Shown: positions 27,601 through 39,056, numbered from the stretch's first letter. The stretch is DNA of 64,000 nt from Gammaproteobacteria bacterium (GCA_030835405.1 JAURPG010000097.1:8479-72478), one strand, 5' to 3'. The notes: generated by a model from the letters alone, not told the origin. Made by a program: numbers and translations.

Positions 27601-28413
27601 TGCTGCCGGGTGCCAGCCGGCATCCGCCCAGAGATTGCCGCTTACTGCCGAGTTGGCAATCATAAAACAGATAGCTTCAGCAATCTCGTCAGGTCTTATT
27701 AATCTGCCAAGCTGGGTATATTGGAGTATATGCTTGTTGATATAGTCATCACCCAGGGCGCGCACCATGGGAGTATCAGTAAATCCCGGATGTATCACGC
27801 CACAACGTACACCATGGAATATTGCCTCTTTGGTTAAGGTCGCTGCTGCACCTTCAAGCCCCGCCTTGGTACTGGCATAAGATATCTGACCCTTGTTTCC
27901 CTGTGATGAGACCGAACCGATAAAAATGATGGTACCCTGAACATGTTCATCGGGACTCCACTTTTTCAAGCCTTGCTTTGCCCGTAGTTCTGCATGTCTG
28001 GCAACCATTTCTATTGCCCAATAAACAGGTGCAATTAAATTAACATCCATAACCAGTTTAAATTCTTCCTCTGGATAGATCTCGGCGTTGCTGGTCTCTT
28101 TATTAATTTTGACAGCCAGGGCATCCCTGGTAATCCCGGCACAGGGGACACAAATATTGACTAACTTATTATCACTGCAAAGTGTGTCATAGACATCCTT
28201 TCTAAATTTCCCATCTGTGGTGTCACCCGTAAATGAAATGGCTATATCCGTTCCCAGTTCATCATTAATAGTATTGGCGGCATCATTCACGTTCTGATCA
28301 ATGTCCACCATGCCAAGTTTACTGACACCTAACCTGGCAAGGTGCCGGCTGACCGCCAATCCAATACCGCTACCGGCCCCGGTGACTACAGCAACTTTAT
28401 TTTTAATTTCCAT
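27595..28413 (-). CDS. SDR family NAD(P)-dependent oxidoreductase
   Basis: 'VAVVTGAGSGIGLA' forms the Rossmann motif and Y-x3-K lies in 'YASTKAGLEG'. The probable start is 'MEIKNK' at 28413, preceded by GGAAGGG. Confidence 0.85.
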   Translation of the reverse strand: MEIKNKVAVVTGAGSGIGLAVSRHLARLGVSKLGMVDIDQNVNDAANTINDELGTDIAISFTGDTTDGKFRKDVYDTLCSDNKLVNICVPCAGITRDALAVKINKETSNAEIYPEEEFKLVMDVNLIAPVYWAIEMVARHAELRAKQGLKKWSPDEHVQGTIIFIGSVSSQGNKGQISYASTKAGLEGAAATLTKEAIFHGVRCGVIHPGFTDTPMVRALGDDYINKHILQYTQLGRLIRPDEIAEAICFMIANSAVSGNLWADAGWHPAAS

Positions 28414-28508
28414 TTGTTCCCTTCCTTTTTGTCTGTGATATATTGATATCTGTATTTTTCGGGTAGATATTGTACGCTCAAAATGAACCATACATTAGGT
28501 GTAATTTT

Positions 28509-29234
28509 ATGAGACTGGCCAAATTTAGCGCGTTCCTGTTTTTGAGTTTATTCCTGAGTATCTGGGTGTTGTCTGCCAGCGGCACCCATTGGCGTGATGC
28601 AGATCGCTCCAGTGCAGGGCTCGCCCCATTACCAGATGAGCATGAAGAAGCAGTTTTGCAGATTTACGCTGCCCGGACATTCGGTTGGCGGGGCAACCTG
28701 GCTGTTCATACCTGGATCAGTATCAAGGAAAAGGCCGCACAAAATTATACCGTACACCATGTTCTCGGGTTTCGTAGCCGTCGTGGTTTACCTGTCGTTG
28801 TCTCCAGTAATGATCTGCCTGATCGCTTCTGGTATGGCAATGAGCCAGAGGTCCTGGTGGACTATCGTGGTGAAGAGGCAGAAGAGTTAATACCAGGTGT
28901 CATGGCAGCGGTTAAATCCTATCCCTATCAAAAGAAATATGTCATGTGGCCAGGACCTAACAGTAATACCTTCACCGCCTATGTCGGCAGGCAAGTACCT
29001 GAATTGAAATTGGATCTACCGTCTACTGCTATCGGTAAAGATTACCTTGGGGACAGTATTGTGGGGTCAACACCGGGGGGGAGTGGTTATCAATTGTCTC
29101 TATTTGGAATACTGGGAATGAGCCTGGGGATGGAAGAGGGTATGGAGTTGAATATACTTAGCCTAAACTTCGGCATTAACCCTTTGAAATTACAAATGAA
29201 ATTGCCTGCAGTCGGCACGCTGGGTATAGATTAG
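28509..29234 (+). CDS. membrane-anchored/exported hypothetical protein (possibly DUF3750-like)
   Basis: The probable start 'MRLAKFSAFLFLSLFLSIWVLSA' is a signal-anchor, and the soluble domain contains 'HTWISIKEKAAQNYTVHHVLGF'. I am unsure of the family name. Confidence 0.4.
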   Translation: MRLAKFSAFLFLSLFLSIWVLSASGTHWRDADRSSAGLAPLPDEHEEAVLQIYAARTFGWRGNLAVHTWISIKEKAAQNYTVHHVLGFRSRRGLPVVVSSNDLPDRFWYGNEPEVLVDYRGEEAEELIPGVMAAVKSYPYQKKYVMWPGPNSNTFTAYVGRQVPELKLDLPSTAIGKDYLGDSIVGSTPGGSGYQLSLFGILGMSLGMEEGMELNILSLNFGINPLKLQMKLPAVGTLGID

Positions 29235-29264
29235 ACCTTAATTAATTCCACCTGAAAATACCAA

Positions 29265-29302
29265 GGCCCGGGTCCATTTAGGGGGGAGGAGGGACCCGGG
29301 CC
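29265..29302. repeat. GC-rich hairpin element, copy 1 (11-bp perfect stem GGCCCGGGTCC/GGACCCGGGCC with a purine-rich GGGGGGAGGAG loop)
   Basis: A perfect inverted repeat can be read directly from the sequence. No U-tract follows on the + strand. Confidence 0.6.
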
Positions 29303-29444
29303 ACTCGTTCATTATCGGGGGGGATAATGTCGATTTGGTAAACCAATATTCATACACATCTATAAAATAATTACACTTTCTTATGACAGCTGTATGAATG
29401 ATTTGTTCCAATATTTTTGATTTTTTTTAAAGATAAATAAAAAT

Positions 29445-29480
29445 GGCCCGGACGGGAGGAGGATAGGAGGAGTCCGGGCC
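29445..29480. repeat. GC-rich hairpin element, copy 2 (9-bp stem GGCCCGGAC/GTCCGGGCC with a GGGAGGAGGATAGGAGGA loop); probable rho-independent terminator for the minus-strand antiporter gene
   Basis: It has the same stem core and GGAGG-rich loop as copy 1. On the minus strand it is followed by a T-rich tract (the complement of 'ttttttttaaagataaataaaaat'). Confidence 0.55.
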
Positions 29481-29604
29481 ATTAGGACTACCATAGGGAG
29501 ATGATAGTCTATGGCCAGATGATAGTACTCACCGTCTCAAATAGCTGTGATACTTTTCACAAAAGCGATAGAAAATCTATTTGCCTCATAATCTGTGATC
29601 TATA

Positions 29605-31354
29605 TCACGTTTTATCGTGAGTTTCTTTTTCCTCTTCGGTTTGTCTTTGATATTCAACGCCCTCTGGCAAGAGCAACGAAATGATGGTCCAGTCTGATTC
29701 CAGTTCGGGTGTACTGGTGGCAGTAAAACAATGAAGTTTGGATTTGGGATCGATGGCAAATAGAGGAATGACCCGGTTATTATACTTAATCAGGTAGTCC
29801 TCGAAGCCAAATTCCGCTTTTAAACGGGTAGATTTAATTTCCGCACCACTTCTAAGCCATCCTGCCATCGTCCCATAGGTTATCCCCGGACCAAATAAGG
29901 GCCTGCCACGGTGACGAATTGAGATCTTATGTTTTTCAGGTAGAGATGATTCACTGGAACTGATTAACTCATAGACACTGTTAGCACCAAATTCCGGGGT
30001 ATATTTAATACTCGCAAGGGTATCGGCATTGATCCGGCCGGACATGCCTAACATAGTCCCAATACCCGTCAGGTCCAGATGATGTTCGGCATGTTCTGAC
30101 ACAGGGTTACCGTAAAATGTGGGGAGTCCATCCATTCTTGCCTGACTGATATGGTCCCATCGCGTATCTGCCAGAATAACTTTTATGCCCTGATCATGTA
30201 TTGCTTTGCCGATTTTTCTTGCTACATTTCCACAGCCGATAATCAATGTACCATTGGTATCGGGTTCTCTTACTCCAAGCAGTGAGGCCATAAAACGGGA
30301 AGTGGCACTTTGAAAGACAACGGTGCCTATTATGACCATGAAGGTAAGTGGTACCAGAAGCTCAGCCCCTGGTAGATAATTCCGATCCCAATCCGGATAT
30401 GAAAACACCAATGGGTCGGGCAATAAACATCAGTACAATCAGAACTATCAGAGCACGCCACCCAAGCGTCAGGAACTCATTAAAATCCACCCGGGCTGCC
30501 AGGATTATAAATAAACCAGAACGTAAAAGTACGCTCAACGATTCTTTAAATTCAAGAATATCCTGAATATCTGTATTTCGCATGTTTCCCAGGACCATGC
30601 CCATAATGGTCACGGCCAAAAGGCCTGATTCATGTTGAAAAAAATCCGATATTGCATAGACACCCATGACCAGGGTAACGGTGAGAACATTTCGCAGATA
30701 TTCGGGGACAAGATGTTTGCGCAATGTATGGCCTAATAAATAGGCGAAGCAGAATCCCGTTAAGGTTCCAACAAGCAAGATTCCGCCAAAGGTCGTAAGG
30801 ATTGTTGTATAGGCATTGGCGGATTCAGATGAAATAATAAAGTTAAATACAATCACAGCAAACAGTGCCCCCAGCGGATCGATTACGATACCTTCCCACC
30901 TTAAGACGTTACTGATATTGGCATTGGGTCTGACCGTTCTTAGCATGGGTATGATGACTGTAGGTCCGGTGACGGTAACTACCGCACCGAATAAAAATGC
31001 AATATTCCAGTGTAGCCCTATTATATAATGGCTTGCCGCAGCAGTTACCGCGAGGGTAATGAGTGCACCGGTAGATATGAGATTTCTGACGACTGAACGA
31101 AGATTCTTAATTTCATCCAACTTCAGAGTTAAGGCCCCTTCAAACAGAATAATTGCTACCGCAAGAGAAACCAATGGAAACAACAGATCTCCAAATAAAC
31201 TGTCCGGGTCAAGTTGCTGTGTTACCGGGCCGGCAATAATACCTCCCAGTAACAGAAAAAGTATAGCAGGGAGTTTTATCCAGTTAGCAAGGAGTTGACA
31301 GAGTATACCCAGTATCCCGATGCCAGCCAGTGTGATCAGGATATTTGGTTCCAT
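29605..31354 (-). pseudogene. NhaP2/CvrA-type cation:proton antiporter with C-terminal RCK domain, split by a frameshift
   Basis: ORF 30362..31354 (-) encodes the N-terminal CPA1 membrane domain ('AILFLLLGGIIAGPV'). ORF 29605..30423 (-) begins with further TM helices, then has an RCK/TrkA-N domain ('LIIGCGNVARKIGKAIHDQGIKVILAD') and a C-terminal domain. The two overlap by 62 nt in different frames, and together they are about 580 aa, the length of an intact NhaP2. Confidence 0.6.
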
Positions 31355-31381
31355 CAGTTGTATACCAATGTGCTTGGCGTA

Positions 31382-32617
31382 CTACTGATTAAATTTCTGA
31401 AATAGTAATGTCGCGTTGGTACCACCAAAGCCGAAACTGTTAGACATCACAACATTGAGGCCAGCCTGGTCTATACGTTCAGTGACCACTGGCATTCCTT
31501 CAGCTTCAGGGTCAAGGTTGGAAATATTCGATGAGGCACAGACAAAATCCTGTTCCATCATTAACAGTGTGAAGATGGCCTCGTTAACACCTGCGGCGCC
31601 AAGTCCATGGCCGGATAATGCCTTGGTAGAACTGATATAAGGTATTTTGGAATTTTCAAACACACTCTTAATTGCAGCTAATTCCCCGGAATCACCGGCA
31701 GGCGTGCTGGTAGCATGGGCATTGATGTAATCAACTTCAACCTCTGATGTTGACAAGGCAATATTCATACAGCGCATTGCGCCTTCGCCAGATGGTTTGA
31801 CCATGTCAAAGCCGTCTGAAGTAGCCCCGTAGCCAATAACCTCAGCATATATTTTGGCATCACGATTTAAGGCGTGTTCAAGTTCTTCCAATACCAGAAT
31901 GCCTCCACCACCTGAGATCACAAAACCATCTCGATCGACGTCAAAGGGTCGGGAAGCAATTTCCGGTGTATCGTTATATTTAGAGGAGAGTGCTCCCATA
32001 CTGTCAAACAGCAAGGTACCGGTCCAGTGTAGTTCGTCACCACCACCGGCAAATACAATATCCTGTTTTCCACATTGAATGGATTCATAGGCATTACCTA
32101 TGCAGTGTGCGCTGGTGGCACAGGCAGAACTAATTGAGTAGTTCATGCCTTTAATTTTAAAAGGGACAGCAAGACACGCGCTGCAGGTGCTGGACATCAC
32201 CCGGGGCACCATGGTGGGGGGGACTTTTTTCGCACCCCTTTCACGAAGAATATCCGCGCTTAATACCATGTTCTCGGTGGATGAACCACCGCTACCGGCT
32301 ACCAGGCCTGTTCGCGGGTTTGATACCTGTTCTTCATTGAGCCCCGCATCTTCAATAGCATCTTGCATAGCGAGATAACAATAGGCTGCTGCACCACCCA
32401 TAAAACGTTTGAGCTTTTTATTGATTAATTCATCCAGATCCAGATCGATTGGGCCATACACATTTGTACGGTATCCAAGTTCTGCATATTCTTCTGAAAA
32501 CCTGATGCCGGTCTTATTCTCACGAAGTGAGTTAATGACCTCTGCCTTGTTGGTTCCAATGCTGGATTTTATCCCTAATCCGGTTATAACGACTCTTTTC
32601 AAGTTTCCCCCATTCAT
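31382..32617 (-). CDS. fabB: beta-ketoacyl-ACP synthase I
   Basis: 411 aa with the '[13 protein letters not shown]' N-terminus. The active-site Cys context and the C-terminal '[11 protein letters not shown]' are typical of KAS I. It lies immediately downstream of fabA. Confidence 0.9.
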   Translation of the reverse strand: MNGGNLKRVVITGLGIKSSIGTNKAEVINSLRENKTGIRFSEEYAELGYRTNVYGPIDLDLDELINKKLKRFMGGAAAYCYLAMQDAIEDAGLNEEQVSNPRTGLVAGSGGSSTENMVLSADILRERGAKKVPPTMVPRVMSSTCSACLAVPFKIKGMNYSISSACATSAHCIGNAYESIQCGKQDIVFAGGGDELHWTGTLLFDSMGALSSKYNDTPEIASRPFDVDRDGFVISGGGGILVLEELEHALNRDAKIYAEVIGYGATSDGFDMVKPSGEGAMRCMNIALSTSEVEVDYINAHATSTPAGDSGELAAIKSVFENSKIPYISSTKALSGHGLGAAGVNEAIFTLLMMEQDFVCASSNISNLDPEAEGMPVVTERIDQAGLNVVMSNSFGFGGTNATLLFQKFNQ

Positions 32618-33133
32618 TTAAAAATCATCCGTTCGGGTAAACAATCCTACTCTTAGATCATTGGCCTCGTAGATAACCCGTCCATCTACTTCCATGACCC
32701 CATCTGCCACTCCCATGACCAGACTGCGTAGGATAACCCGCTTCATGGTAATTTTATAGGTAATCAGCTTGTTTTTTGGGGTCGCCTGGCCGGTAAACTT
32801 GACCTTTCCTGCCCCCAGTGCCCGGCCTTTACCGGGTGCCCCGGTCCATCCTAGAAAAAATCCTACCAATTGCCACATGGCGTCCAGTCCCAGACAGCCT
32901 GGCATCACCGGATCGCCTCTAAAATGGCAATCAAAAAACCAGATATCAGGCGAAATATCTAGCTCGGCAACGATTATTCCTTTACCTGCTTCCCCGCCTG
33001 TATCGTTAATCTCGGTAATCCTGTCGAACATTAACATATTGGGTAAGGGTAATTGGGCATTTCCCGGTCCAAATAGATTACCGTTGCCACAGGCAAGTAA
33101 TTCTTCCTTATTATAACTGTTCTTTTTGTTCAT
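32618..33133 (-). CDS. fabA: 3-hydroxydecanoyl-ACP dehydratase/isomerase
   Basis: 171 aa. '[31 protein letters not shown]' is the FabA active-site region. fabA and fabB form an operon. Confidence 0.9.
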   Translation of the reverse strand: MNKKNSYNKEELLACGNGNLFGPGNAQLPLPNMLMFDRITEINDTGGEAGKGIIVAELDISPDIWFFDCHFRGDPVMPGCLGLDAMWQLVGFFLGWTGAPGKGRALGAGKVKFTGQATPKNKLITYKITMKRVILRSLVMGVADGVMEVDGRVIYEANDLRVGLFTRTDDF

Positions 33134-33345
33134 AGGAGTTGTGGGGGTTACGTAATTTTTTCCGCGGGGAATATCATGTAATATGATATAAACAGCTGGA
33201 ACTCAATTATTTATTTTTATGTTTTTATACAGAAATTAAATTTTAAAATGGTGAGATATTGTACCTTTACATAAATTCAATTTGCAAAAGTAGCTAAATC
33301 TTAATTCACATAGTTGTAATTTCTCTAATATATACTGGAATTCTA

Positions 33346-34578
33346 ATGAATGCACTAATAGGCCCACAAAGCAGTCACAATACCGTTGGGGTGAAAGTCG
33401 GAGATATCTGTATTGGTGGAAAATCGCCGGTCGTTGTACAGTCTATGACCAATACGGATACAGCCGATGCCGAGGCAACCGCAAAACAGGTCAAAGAGCT
33501 TGCAGATGCAGGATCTGAACTGGTCAGGATCACGGTAAATACCGAAGAGGCCGCCAGTCAGGTAGCAAAAATCAGGGAAATTCTTGATGCAAAAGCTTGT
33601 AATGTACCGATCATTGGTGACTTTCATTATAACGGTCATTTATTGCTGACCAAGTACCCTGAATGTGCGCAGGCATTGGCAAAGTACCGGATCAATCCTG
33701 GTAATGTTGGCTTTGGCAAGAAAAAAGATACCCAGTTCAGCACCATGATTGAAAAAGCCATTGAATACAATAAACCGGTTCGTATCGGCGTGAACTGGGG
33801 TAGCCTGGACCAGGAACTGCTTACAGGTCTCATGGATGAAAATGCCGGCCAGGAAAATCCTAAAGAAACTGATGAAGTTATGCAGGAAGCCTTGATCGTT
33901 TCTGCTTTGAGCAGCGCGGAACGCGCGGTGGAACTGGGGCTTCCCAAAGATCATATTGTCCTGTCCTGTAAGGTCAGTGGTGTACAAAAATTAATCAGTG
34001 TGTATCGTGACCTTGCCAGCCGCAGCGACTATGCGTTACACCTGGGGCTTACAGAAGCCGGTATGGGCTCCAAAGGCATTGTTGCCTCAACCGCCGCTAT
34101 CGGAGTGCTCTTGCAGGAGGGAATCGGTGATACCATCAGGATTTCATTGACACCTGAGCCTGGTGGTGATCGTGCCCGCGAGGTGATCGTTGCCCAGGAG
34201 ATTTTACAGACGATGGGACTAAGATCATTTACCCCGCAGGTAACCGCCTGTCCAGGGTGTGGCCGCACTACCAGTACGGTGTTTCAGGAGCTAGCAGAAA
34301 ATATCCAGAGTTATGTCAGAAACCAGATGCCAGTGTGGCGGGAAAAATACCAGGGTGTGGAAGACCTGAGCCTGGCGGTGATGGGGTGTGTGGTGAACGG
34401 TCCGGGAGAAAGTAAACATTCCGATATCGGTATCAGTCTGCCCGGTACCGGAGAGGCGCCGGCGGCACCGGTGTTTATTGACGGCAAAAAGTTTACCACC
34501 TTAAGAGGCGACAACATTGCCGGAGATTTTCAGAAACTTGTTGATGAGTATATCGAGCAGCGGTACGGACAGTCATAA
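33346..34578 (+). CDS. ispG: 4-hydroxy-3-methylbut-2-enyl diphosphate synthase (flavodoxin) IspG/GcpE
   Basis: 410 aa with a TIM-barrel N-domain and the 4Fe-4S C-domain with 'CPGCGRT'. Confidence 0.9.
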   Translation: MNALIGPQSSHNTVGVKVGDICIGGKSPVVVQSMTNTDTADAEATAKQVKELADAGSELVRITVNTEEAASQVAKIREILDAKACNVPIIGDFHYNGHLLLTKYPECAQALAKYRINPGNVGFGKKKDTQFSTMIEKAIEYNKPVRIGVNWGSLDQELLTGLMDENAGQENPKETDEVMQEALIVSALSSAERAVELGLPKDHIVLSCKVSGVQKLISVYRDLASRSDYALHLGLTEAGMGSKGIVASTAAIGVLLQEGIGDTIRISLTPEPGGDRAREVIVAQEILQTMGLRSFTPQVTACPGCGRTTSTVFQELAENIQSYVRNQMPVWREKYQGVEDLSLAVMGCVVNGPGESKHSDIGISLPGTGEAPAAPVFIDGKKFTTLRGDNIAGDFQKLVDEYIEQRYGQS

Positions 34579-34632
34579 GTCTGCCGGATATCTGTATTAA
34601 ACCAAATTAACAACAATACGGAGATAGTGTAT

Positions 34633-36570
34633 ATGTCTGAAGTAAAAACCTATCCAGTATCACAGTCAGCCAAACAACGTGCATGGATTGATGATGATAA
34701 ATATCTTTCCATGTACCGCCGCTCTATTGAAGACCCGGACGGTTTCTGGGCAGAGCAGGCTGAAGAATTTATCAGCTGGTCAAAGAAGTGGGACAAGGTC
34801 CAGGAATGGGATTACGACCAGGCCAATATCAAATGGTTTATTAATGGAAAATTGAATGTCACATACAATTGTCTGGACAGACACCTGGAATCCCGTGGCG
34901 ACCAGGTAGCTGTACTTTGGGAAGGGGATGACCCTGATACAGACAAGAAGATTACCTATCGTGAATTACACGAAATGGTATGTCGTCTGGCTAATGTTCT
35001 GAAACAGCGTGGTGTAAAAAAGGGAGATCGGGTCTCTATTTACATGCCCATGGTTCCCGAGGCCGCAGTGGCCATGCTGGCCTGCGCCCGGATCGGTGCG
35101 ATTCATTCGGTGGTATTTGGTGGTTTTTCCCCCACCGCCTTAAAAGACCGTATCCTGGATTCAGATTGCGAAGTGGTTATTACTGCTGATGAAGGTGTTC
35201 GTGGAGCAAAAACAGTACCACTGAAGGCCAATGTTGATGAGGCATTAAACGATTGTCCGAATGTCCATACCGTGGTGGTCTATAAGCGTACCGGTAAAGA
35301 GATTAACTGGGTTGATGACCGTGATATCTGGTATCAAGATGCGATAGCAGCGGCCAGTTCCGATTGTCCGCCAGAGGAAATGGATGCAGAAGACCCGCTT
35401 TTTATTCTTTATACATCAGGGTCAACCGGCAAGCCAAAAGGTGTTTTGCATACCACCGGCGGATATATTCTATATGCTGCCATCACTCATAAATACGTCT
35501 TTGATTATCACGATGGTGACATCTACTGGTGTACCGCTGATGTGGGTTGGGTGACTGGTCATACCTACATGATTTATGGACCACTTTGCAATGGTGCCAC
35601 TACCTTGTTGTTTGAAGGTATACCTACTTATCCCGATGCTGGTAGATTTTGGCAGGTGGTGGACAAGCACCAGGTGAATATTATTTACACTGCCCCAACG
35701 GCGTTGCGGGCACTGATGGGGCAGGGTAATGATTTCGTCACCAAGTATTCCCGCAGTAGTCTGCGTACCCTGGGCACTGTGGGTGAACCCATAAACCCCG
35801 AGGCATGGGAATGGTATTACCATGTGGTGGGTGATGAACGTTGTCCTGTGGTGGATACCTGGTGGCAGACCGAGACCGGAGGCATCCTGATTACTCCCTT
35901 ACCGGGGGCCACGGGACTAAAACCGGGATCGGCAACACGGCCGTTTTTTGGTATTGAAGCCGCCATCGTCAATGAACAGGGTGAGATTCTGGAGGGAGAG
36001 GTTGAGGGAGCATTGTGTATCATCCGCTCATGGCCGGGTCAGATGCGTAGTGTTTATGGCGATCATCAACGATTTATTGACACCTATTTCAAGACCTTTC
36101 CTGGCAAGTACTTCAGTGGTGATGGTGCCCGGCGTGATGCCGACGGTTATTACTGGATCACTGGCCGCGTTGATGACGTACTTAATGTTTCTGGCCATAG
36201 AATGGGAACGGCGGAAGTCGAAAGTGCCTTGGTTTTACATGATGCCGTTGCCGAGGCAGCTGTTGTGGGTTACCCACATGATATCAAAGGGCAGGGGATC
36301 TACGCCTACGTGACCTTGATGGCTGGTGTGGAGTATCAAGACCAACTCAAAAAAGAACTGGTTCAGCATGTGCGAAAAGAGATCGGTCCAATCGCCAGTC
36401 CGGACATTATCCAGTGGGCGCCAGGTCTACCCAAGACCCGTTCAGGCAAAATCATGCGCAGGATATTAAGAAAAATTGCCGCCAATGATATCGACAACCT
36501 GGGGGATACCAGTACCCTGGCAGATCCCGTGGTGGTTGACCACCTGATCGAAAATCGGGTCAATCGCTGA
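34633..36570 (+). CDS. acs: acetyl-CoA synthetase (acetate--CoA ligase)
   Basis: About 645 aa. '[11 protein letters not shown]' is the AMP-binding motif, and the Acs N-terminal region '[10 protein letters not shown]' and the C-terminal Lys region '[11 protein letters not shown]' are present. The GTG at 34627 is an alternative start. Confidence 0.9.
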   Translation: MSEVKTYPVSQSAKQRAWIDDDKYLSMYRRSIEDPDGFWAEQAEEFISWSKKWDKVQEWDYDQANIKWFINGKLNVTYNCLDRHLESRGDQVAVLWEGDDPDTDKKITYRELHEMVCRLANVLKQRGVKKGDRVSIYMPMVPEAAVAMLACARIGAIHSVVFGGFSPTALKDRILDSDCEVVITADEGVRGAKTVPLKANVDEALNDCPNVHTVVVYKRTGKEINWVDDRDIWYQDAIAAASSDCPPEEMDAEDPLFILYTSGSTGKPKGVLHTTGGYILYAAITHKYVFDYHDGDIYWCTADVGWVTGHTYMIYGPLCNGATTLLFEGIPTYPDAGRFWQVVDKHQVNIIYTAPTALRALMGQGNDFVTKYSRSSLRTLGTVGEPINPEAWEWYYHVVGDERCPVVDTWWQTETGGILITPLPGATGLKPGSATRPFFGIEAAIVNEQGEILEGEVEGALCIIRSWPGQMRSVYGDHQRFIDTYFKTFPGKYFSGDGARRDADGYYWITGRVDDVLNVSGHRMGTAEVESALVLHDAVAEAAVVGYPHDIKGQGIYAYVTLMAGVEYQDQLKKELVQHVRKEIGPIASPDIIQWAPGLPKTRSGKIMRRILRKIAANDIDNLGDTSTLADPVVVDHLIENRVNR

Positions 36571-36805
36571 TCTAATAAACAATTAAGGGGATGGAAATTA
36601 ATCTATCCCCCTGATTTAATTAAGTATTATAGATTTCCACGTCGCTGGTTAACATACAATTAATTGGTATTTCATTGACTCTTTGCCTCAGCTACATTAT
36701 GTTGCATTGCAACAGAGCCGAAGGTGTTTTATAGTTCGACTCGATAATGAACATCAGGGATAAACCAAATATGGTTGGTTGCTGACAAAAAAACGGGAAG
36801 ATTAG

Positions 36806-37921
36806 ATGGCTACTGAAAATAATTTTTTTAATGACGTGGATTGGACAAAACTGCAACAGCAGTATGTGGACGCAGTTTCTTCATTCTATTCAACGCCCAC
36901 GCAGAAATCCAGCAACCCCTGGCAAGAGGCCATGGAATTCTGGTGGCAATCCGTGGGCGGACAGCTCCCTGATAAAAATAAAACAGTCTTCAACTCTGTA
37001 CTGGACCAATCCAAGGTGTTTTATTCCATTGCAAATCAGTTTACATCCATGTTGAATGATATCAGCAAACAGCCCAGTGGTCAGGATGATTGGCAGGGGA
37101 TTATGTTTTCTCATCTGGAGAAAATGAAATCCATGTTTGATTTGTTCCAGCAAAATTCAGATCTTTCATCCATGGTCCCAGGCATGATGTGGGCATCCCC
37201 CATGGACATGTGGAACCAGGTCATGTCATCAATGATACCGGATGAATCGGCCAGTAAATTACTGGAAATTCCGGGAATTGGTCTTACTAGAGACCTGCAG
37301 CAAAAGAGCCAGAAGACCATCCGCCTATGGAATGATTACCAGCAGAATAGCAATAAATACAATGCAACATTTGCCATGCTGGGTAAACAGGCATTAGATA
37401 AACTGGGTCAGGATATTCTTGTAATGGCAGAATCTGACAAGAAAATTACCTCGCTAAAAGATCTTTATAACATGTGGGTAGATGCCAATGAAGAGATGTT
37501 TGCCGAGTACGCACAAACTGAAGAATATTCAAAATTATATGCCGACCTGGTGAATTCTCTGGTGAGATTCAAGAAACACTATAACGAGATGATGGATGAT
37601 GTACTGAAGAACTTAAACCTGCCCACGACACAGGGTATGGGATCCATTACCAAACAACAACATGACATCAAGAAAGAATTACATCATAACCGGCAAGCCC
37701 AGGAGAAACTTCAGTCAGCCATGAAAAAGCTTCAGTCTGAGCTGGATGAAATGAATAGAACAAAGAAAACAACTGTTCAAAAGAAAAAAACCGGGAAGAA
37801 AGCAACCAGTAAAAACAATAAAATGACAAAGCCATTGGCTAAAAAGCCTTCTAACAAGGCGACTAAAAAAGCTGCTAAAAAAACTGCAGCGAAAAAGAAA
37901 CCTGTTAAAAAATCTAAATAA
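36806..37921 (+). CDS. phaE: class III poly(R)-hydroxyalkanoate synthase subunit PhaE, with a Lys/Ala-rich histone-H1-like C-terminal tail
   Basis: The N-terminus 'NFFNDVDWTKLQQQYVD...NPWQEAMEFWWQSV' parallels PhaE of Allochromatium-type class III synthases. The last ~45 aa read '[46 protein letters not shown]'. Confidence 0.8.
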   Translation: MATENNFFNDVDWTKLQQQYVDAVSSFYSTPTQKSSNPWQEAMEFWWQSVGGQLPDKNKTVFNSVLDQSKVFYSIANQFTSMLNDISKQPSGQDDWQGIMFSHLEKMKSMFDLFQQNSDLSSMVPGMMWASPMDMWNQVMSSMIPDESASKLLEIPGIGLTRDLQQKSQKTIRLWNDYQQNSNKYNATFAMLGKQALDKLGQDILVMAESDKKITSLKDLYNMWVDANEEMFAEYAQTEEYSKLYADLVNSLVRFKKHYNEMMDDVLKNLNLPTTQGMGSITKQQHDIKKELHHNRQAQEKLQSAMKKLQSELDEMNRTKKTTVQKKKTGKKATSKNNKMTKPLAKKPSNKATKKAAKKTAAKKKPVKKSK

Positions 37922-37939
37922 TCATTACCTGGAAAGCAT

Positions 37940-39004
37940 ATGAATCCTTTTGAACTCAACCCCCAATCTATCACAGAAGAAATTCTGGATTTTAATACCA
38001 AGTTGGCAGCAGGGATCAATACCCTCACAGAAATGGGAGAATTTGATGAGGGTGTTTCTGAAAAAGACGCAGTCTATTCAGAGGATAAGCTGGTTCTGCA
38101 CCACTATCAGTCACGTACAGATAAGCAGAATAAAGTACCTATCCTGATTGTCTATGCATTGGTGAATCGACCTTATATGGCGGATTTGCAGGAAGACCGT
38201 TCATTAATCCGTGGGCTGTTAGATGCGGGCATGGATGTGTATTTAATAGACTGGGGTTATCCCGATGATGCGGATCGTTATCTCAGTCTGGATGATTATA
38301 TAAATGGTTATATAGACCGGTGTGTGGATGTAATTCGCCAGCGTAGTAAACAGGAAAAGATCAATCTATTGGGAATATGCCAGGGTGGTGCATTCAGTCT
38401 ATGTTATACAAGTTTGCATCAGGACAAGGTAAAGAATCTTATCACGACAGTGACACCAGTAGATTTTCAAACAAAAAATGATATGTTGAGTCACCTTGCC
38501 CGGAATATTGACACAGATGCTTGTGTGGATGCCCTGGGGAATGTTTCTGGCGATCTCCTGAACTGGTCTTTTATGATGTTGAAGCCCTTTCGCTTAATGG
38601 GGCAGAAGTACATGGACCTGGTGGATATTGTTGATGATAAAACCAAATTGAAGAATTTTCTCACGATGGAAAACTGGATATTTGATAGTCCCGATCAGGC
38701 GGGCGAGGCCTACCGGGAATTCATAAAACAATTCTATCAGGAAAATAAATTAGTCAAGGCTGAGGTTAAGATTGGAGAGGACACTGTCGACCTTGGCAGG
38801 ATTACCGTACCTATCCTAAATATCTATGCCAGGGATGATCACCTGGTTCCACCGGATTCTTCCCGTGCATTACAGGGCTGTATCACTTCGGATGACTATT
38901 CCGAAATGGAATTTCCTGGTGGCCATATCGGCATCTACGTCAGTTCCAGGGCCCAAAAGACCCTGCCACCTGCCATTGCAGACTGGATCAACAAGCGTAC
39001 CTGA
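37940..39004 (+). CDS. phaC: class III poly(R)-hydroxyalkanoate synthase catalytic subunit PhaC
   Basis: 354 aa with the lipase-box 'GICQGG' carrying the catalytic Cys. Long identical blocks match Allochromatium vinosum PhaC ('AVYSEDKLVL', 'LIVYALVNRPYM', 'DVYLIDWGYPD', 'LDDYINGYIDRCVD', 'KWIFDSPDQAGE', 'FPGGHIGIYVS'). Confidence 0.9.
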   Translation: MNPFELNPQSITEEILDFNTKLAAGINTLTEMGEFDEGVSEKDAVYSEDKLVLHHYQSRTDKQNKVPILIVYALVNRPYMADLQEDRSLIRGLLDAGMDVYLIDWGYPDDADRYLSLDDYINGYIDRCVDVIRQRSKQEKINLLGICQGGAFSLCYTSLHQDKVKNLITTVTPVDFQTKNDMLSHLARNIDTDACVDALGNVSGDLLNWSFMMLKPFRLMGQKYMDLVDIVDDKTKLKNFLTMENWIFDSPDQAGEAYREFIKQFYQENKLVKAEVKIGEDTVDLGRITVPILNIYARDDHLVPPDSSRALQGCITSDDYSEMEFPGGHIGIYVSSRAQKTLPPAIADWINKRT

Positions 39005-39019
39005 TAAAATCATGAACGG

Positions 39020-39056
39020 CCGGAGTAGTTTATTAAACTACTCCGGTTTTTGTTTG
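39020..39056 (+). terminator. rho-independent terminator downstream of phaC
   Basis: A 13-bp perfect stem CCGGAGTAGTTTA / TAAACTACTCCGG is followed by TTTTTGTTTG. Confidence 0.75.

Noticed and set aside
36588-36620. Possible terminator hairpin after acs (GGGGAT...ATCCCC)
   Set aside because: The stem is only 6 bp and the trailing U-tract is weak, so I did not list it as a feature. acs may read through into the phaE leader.
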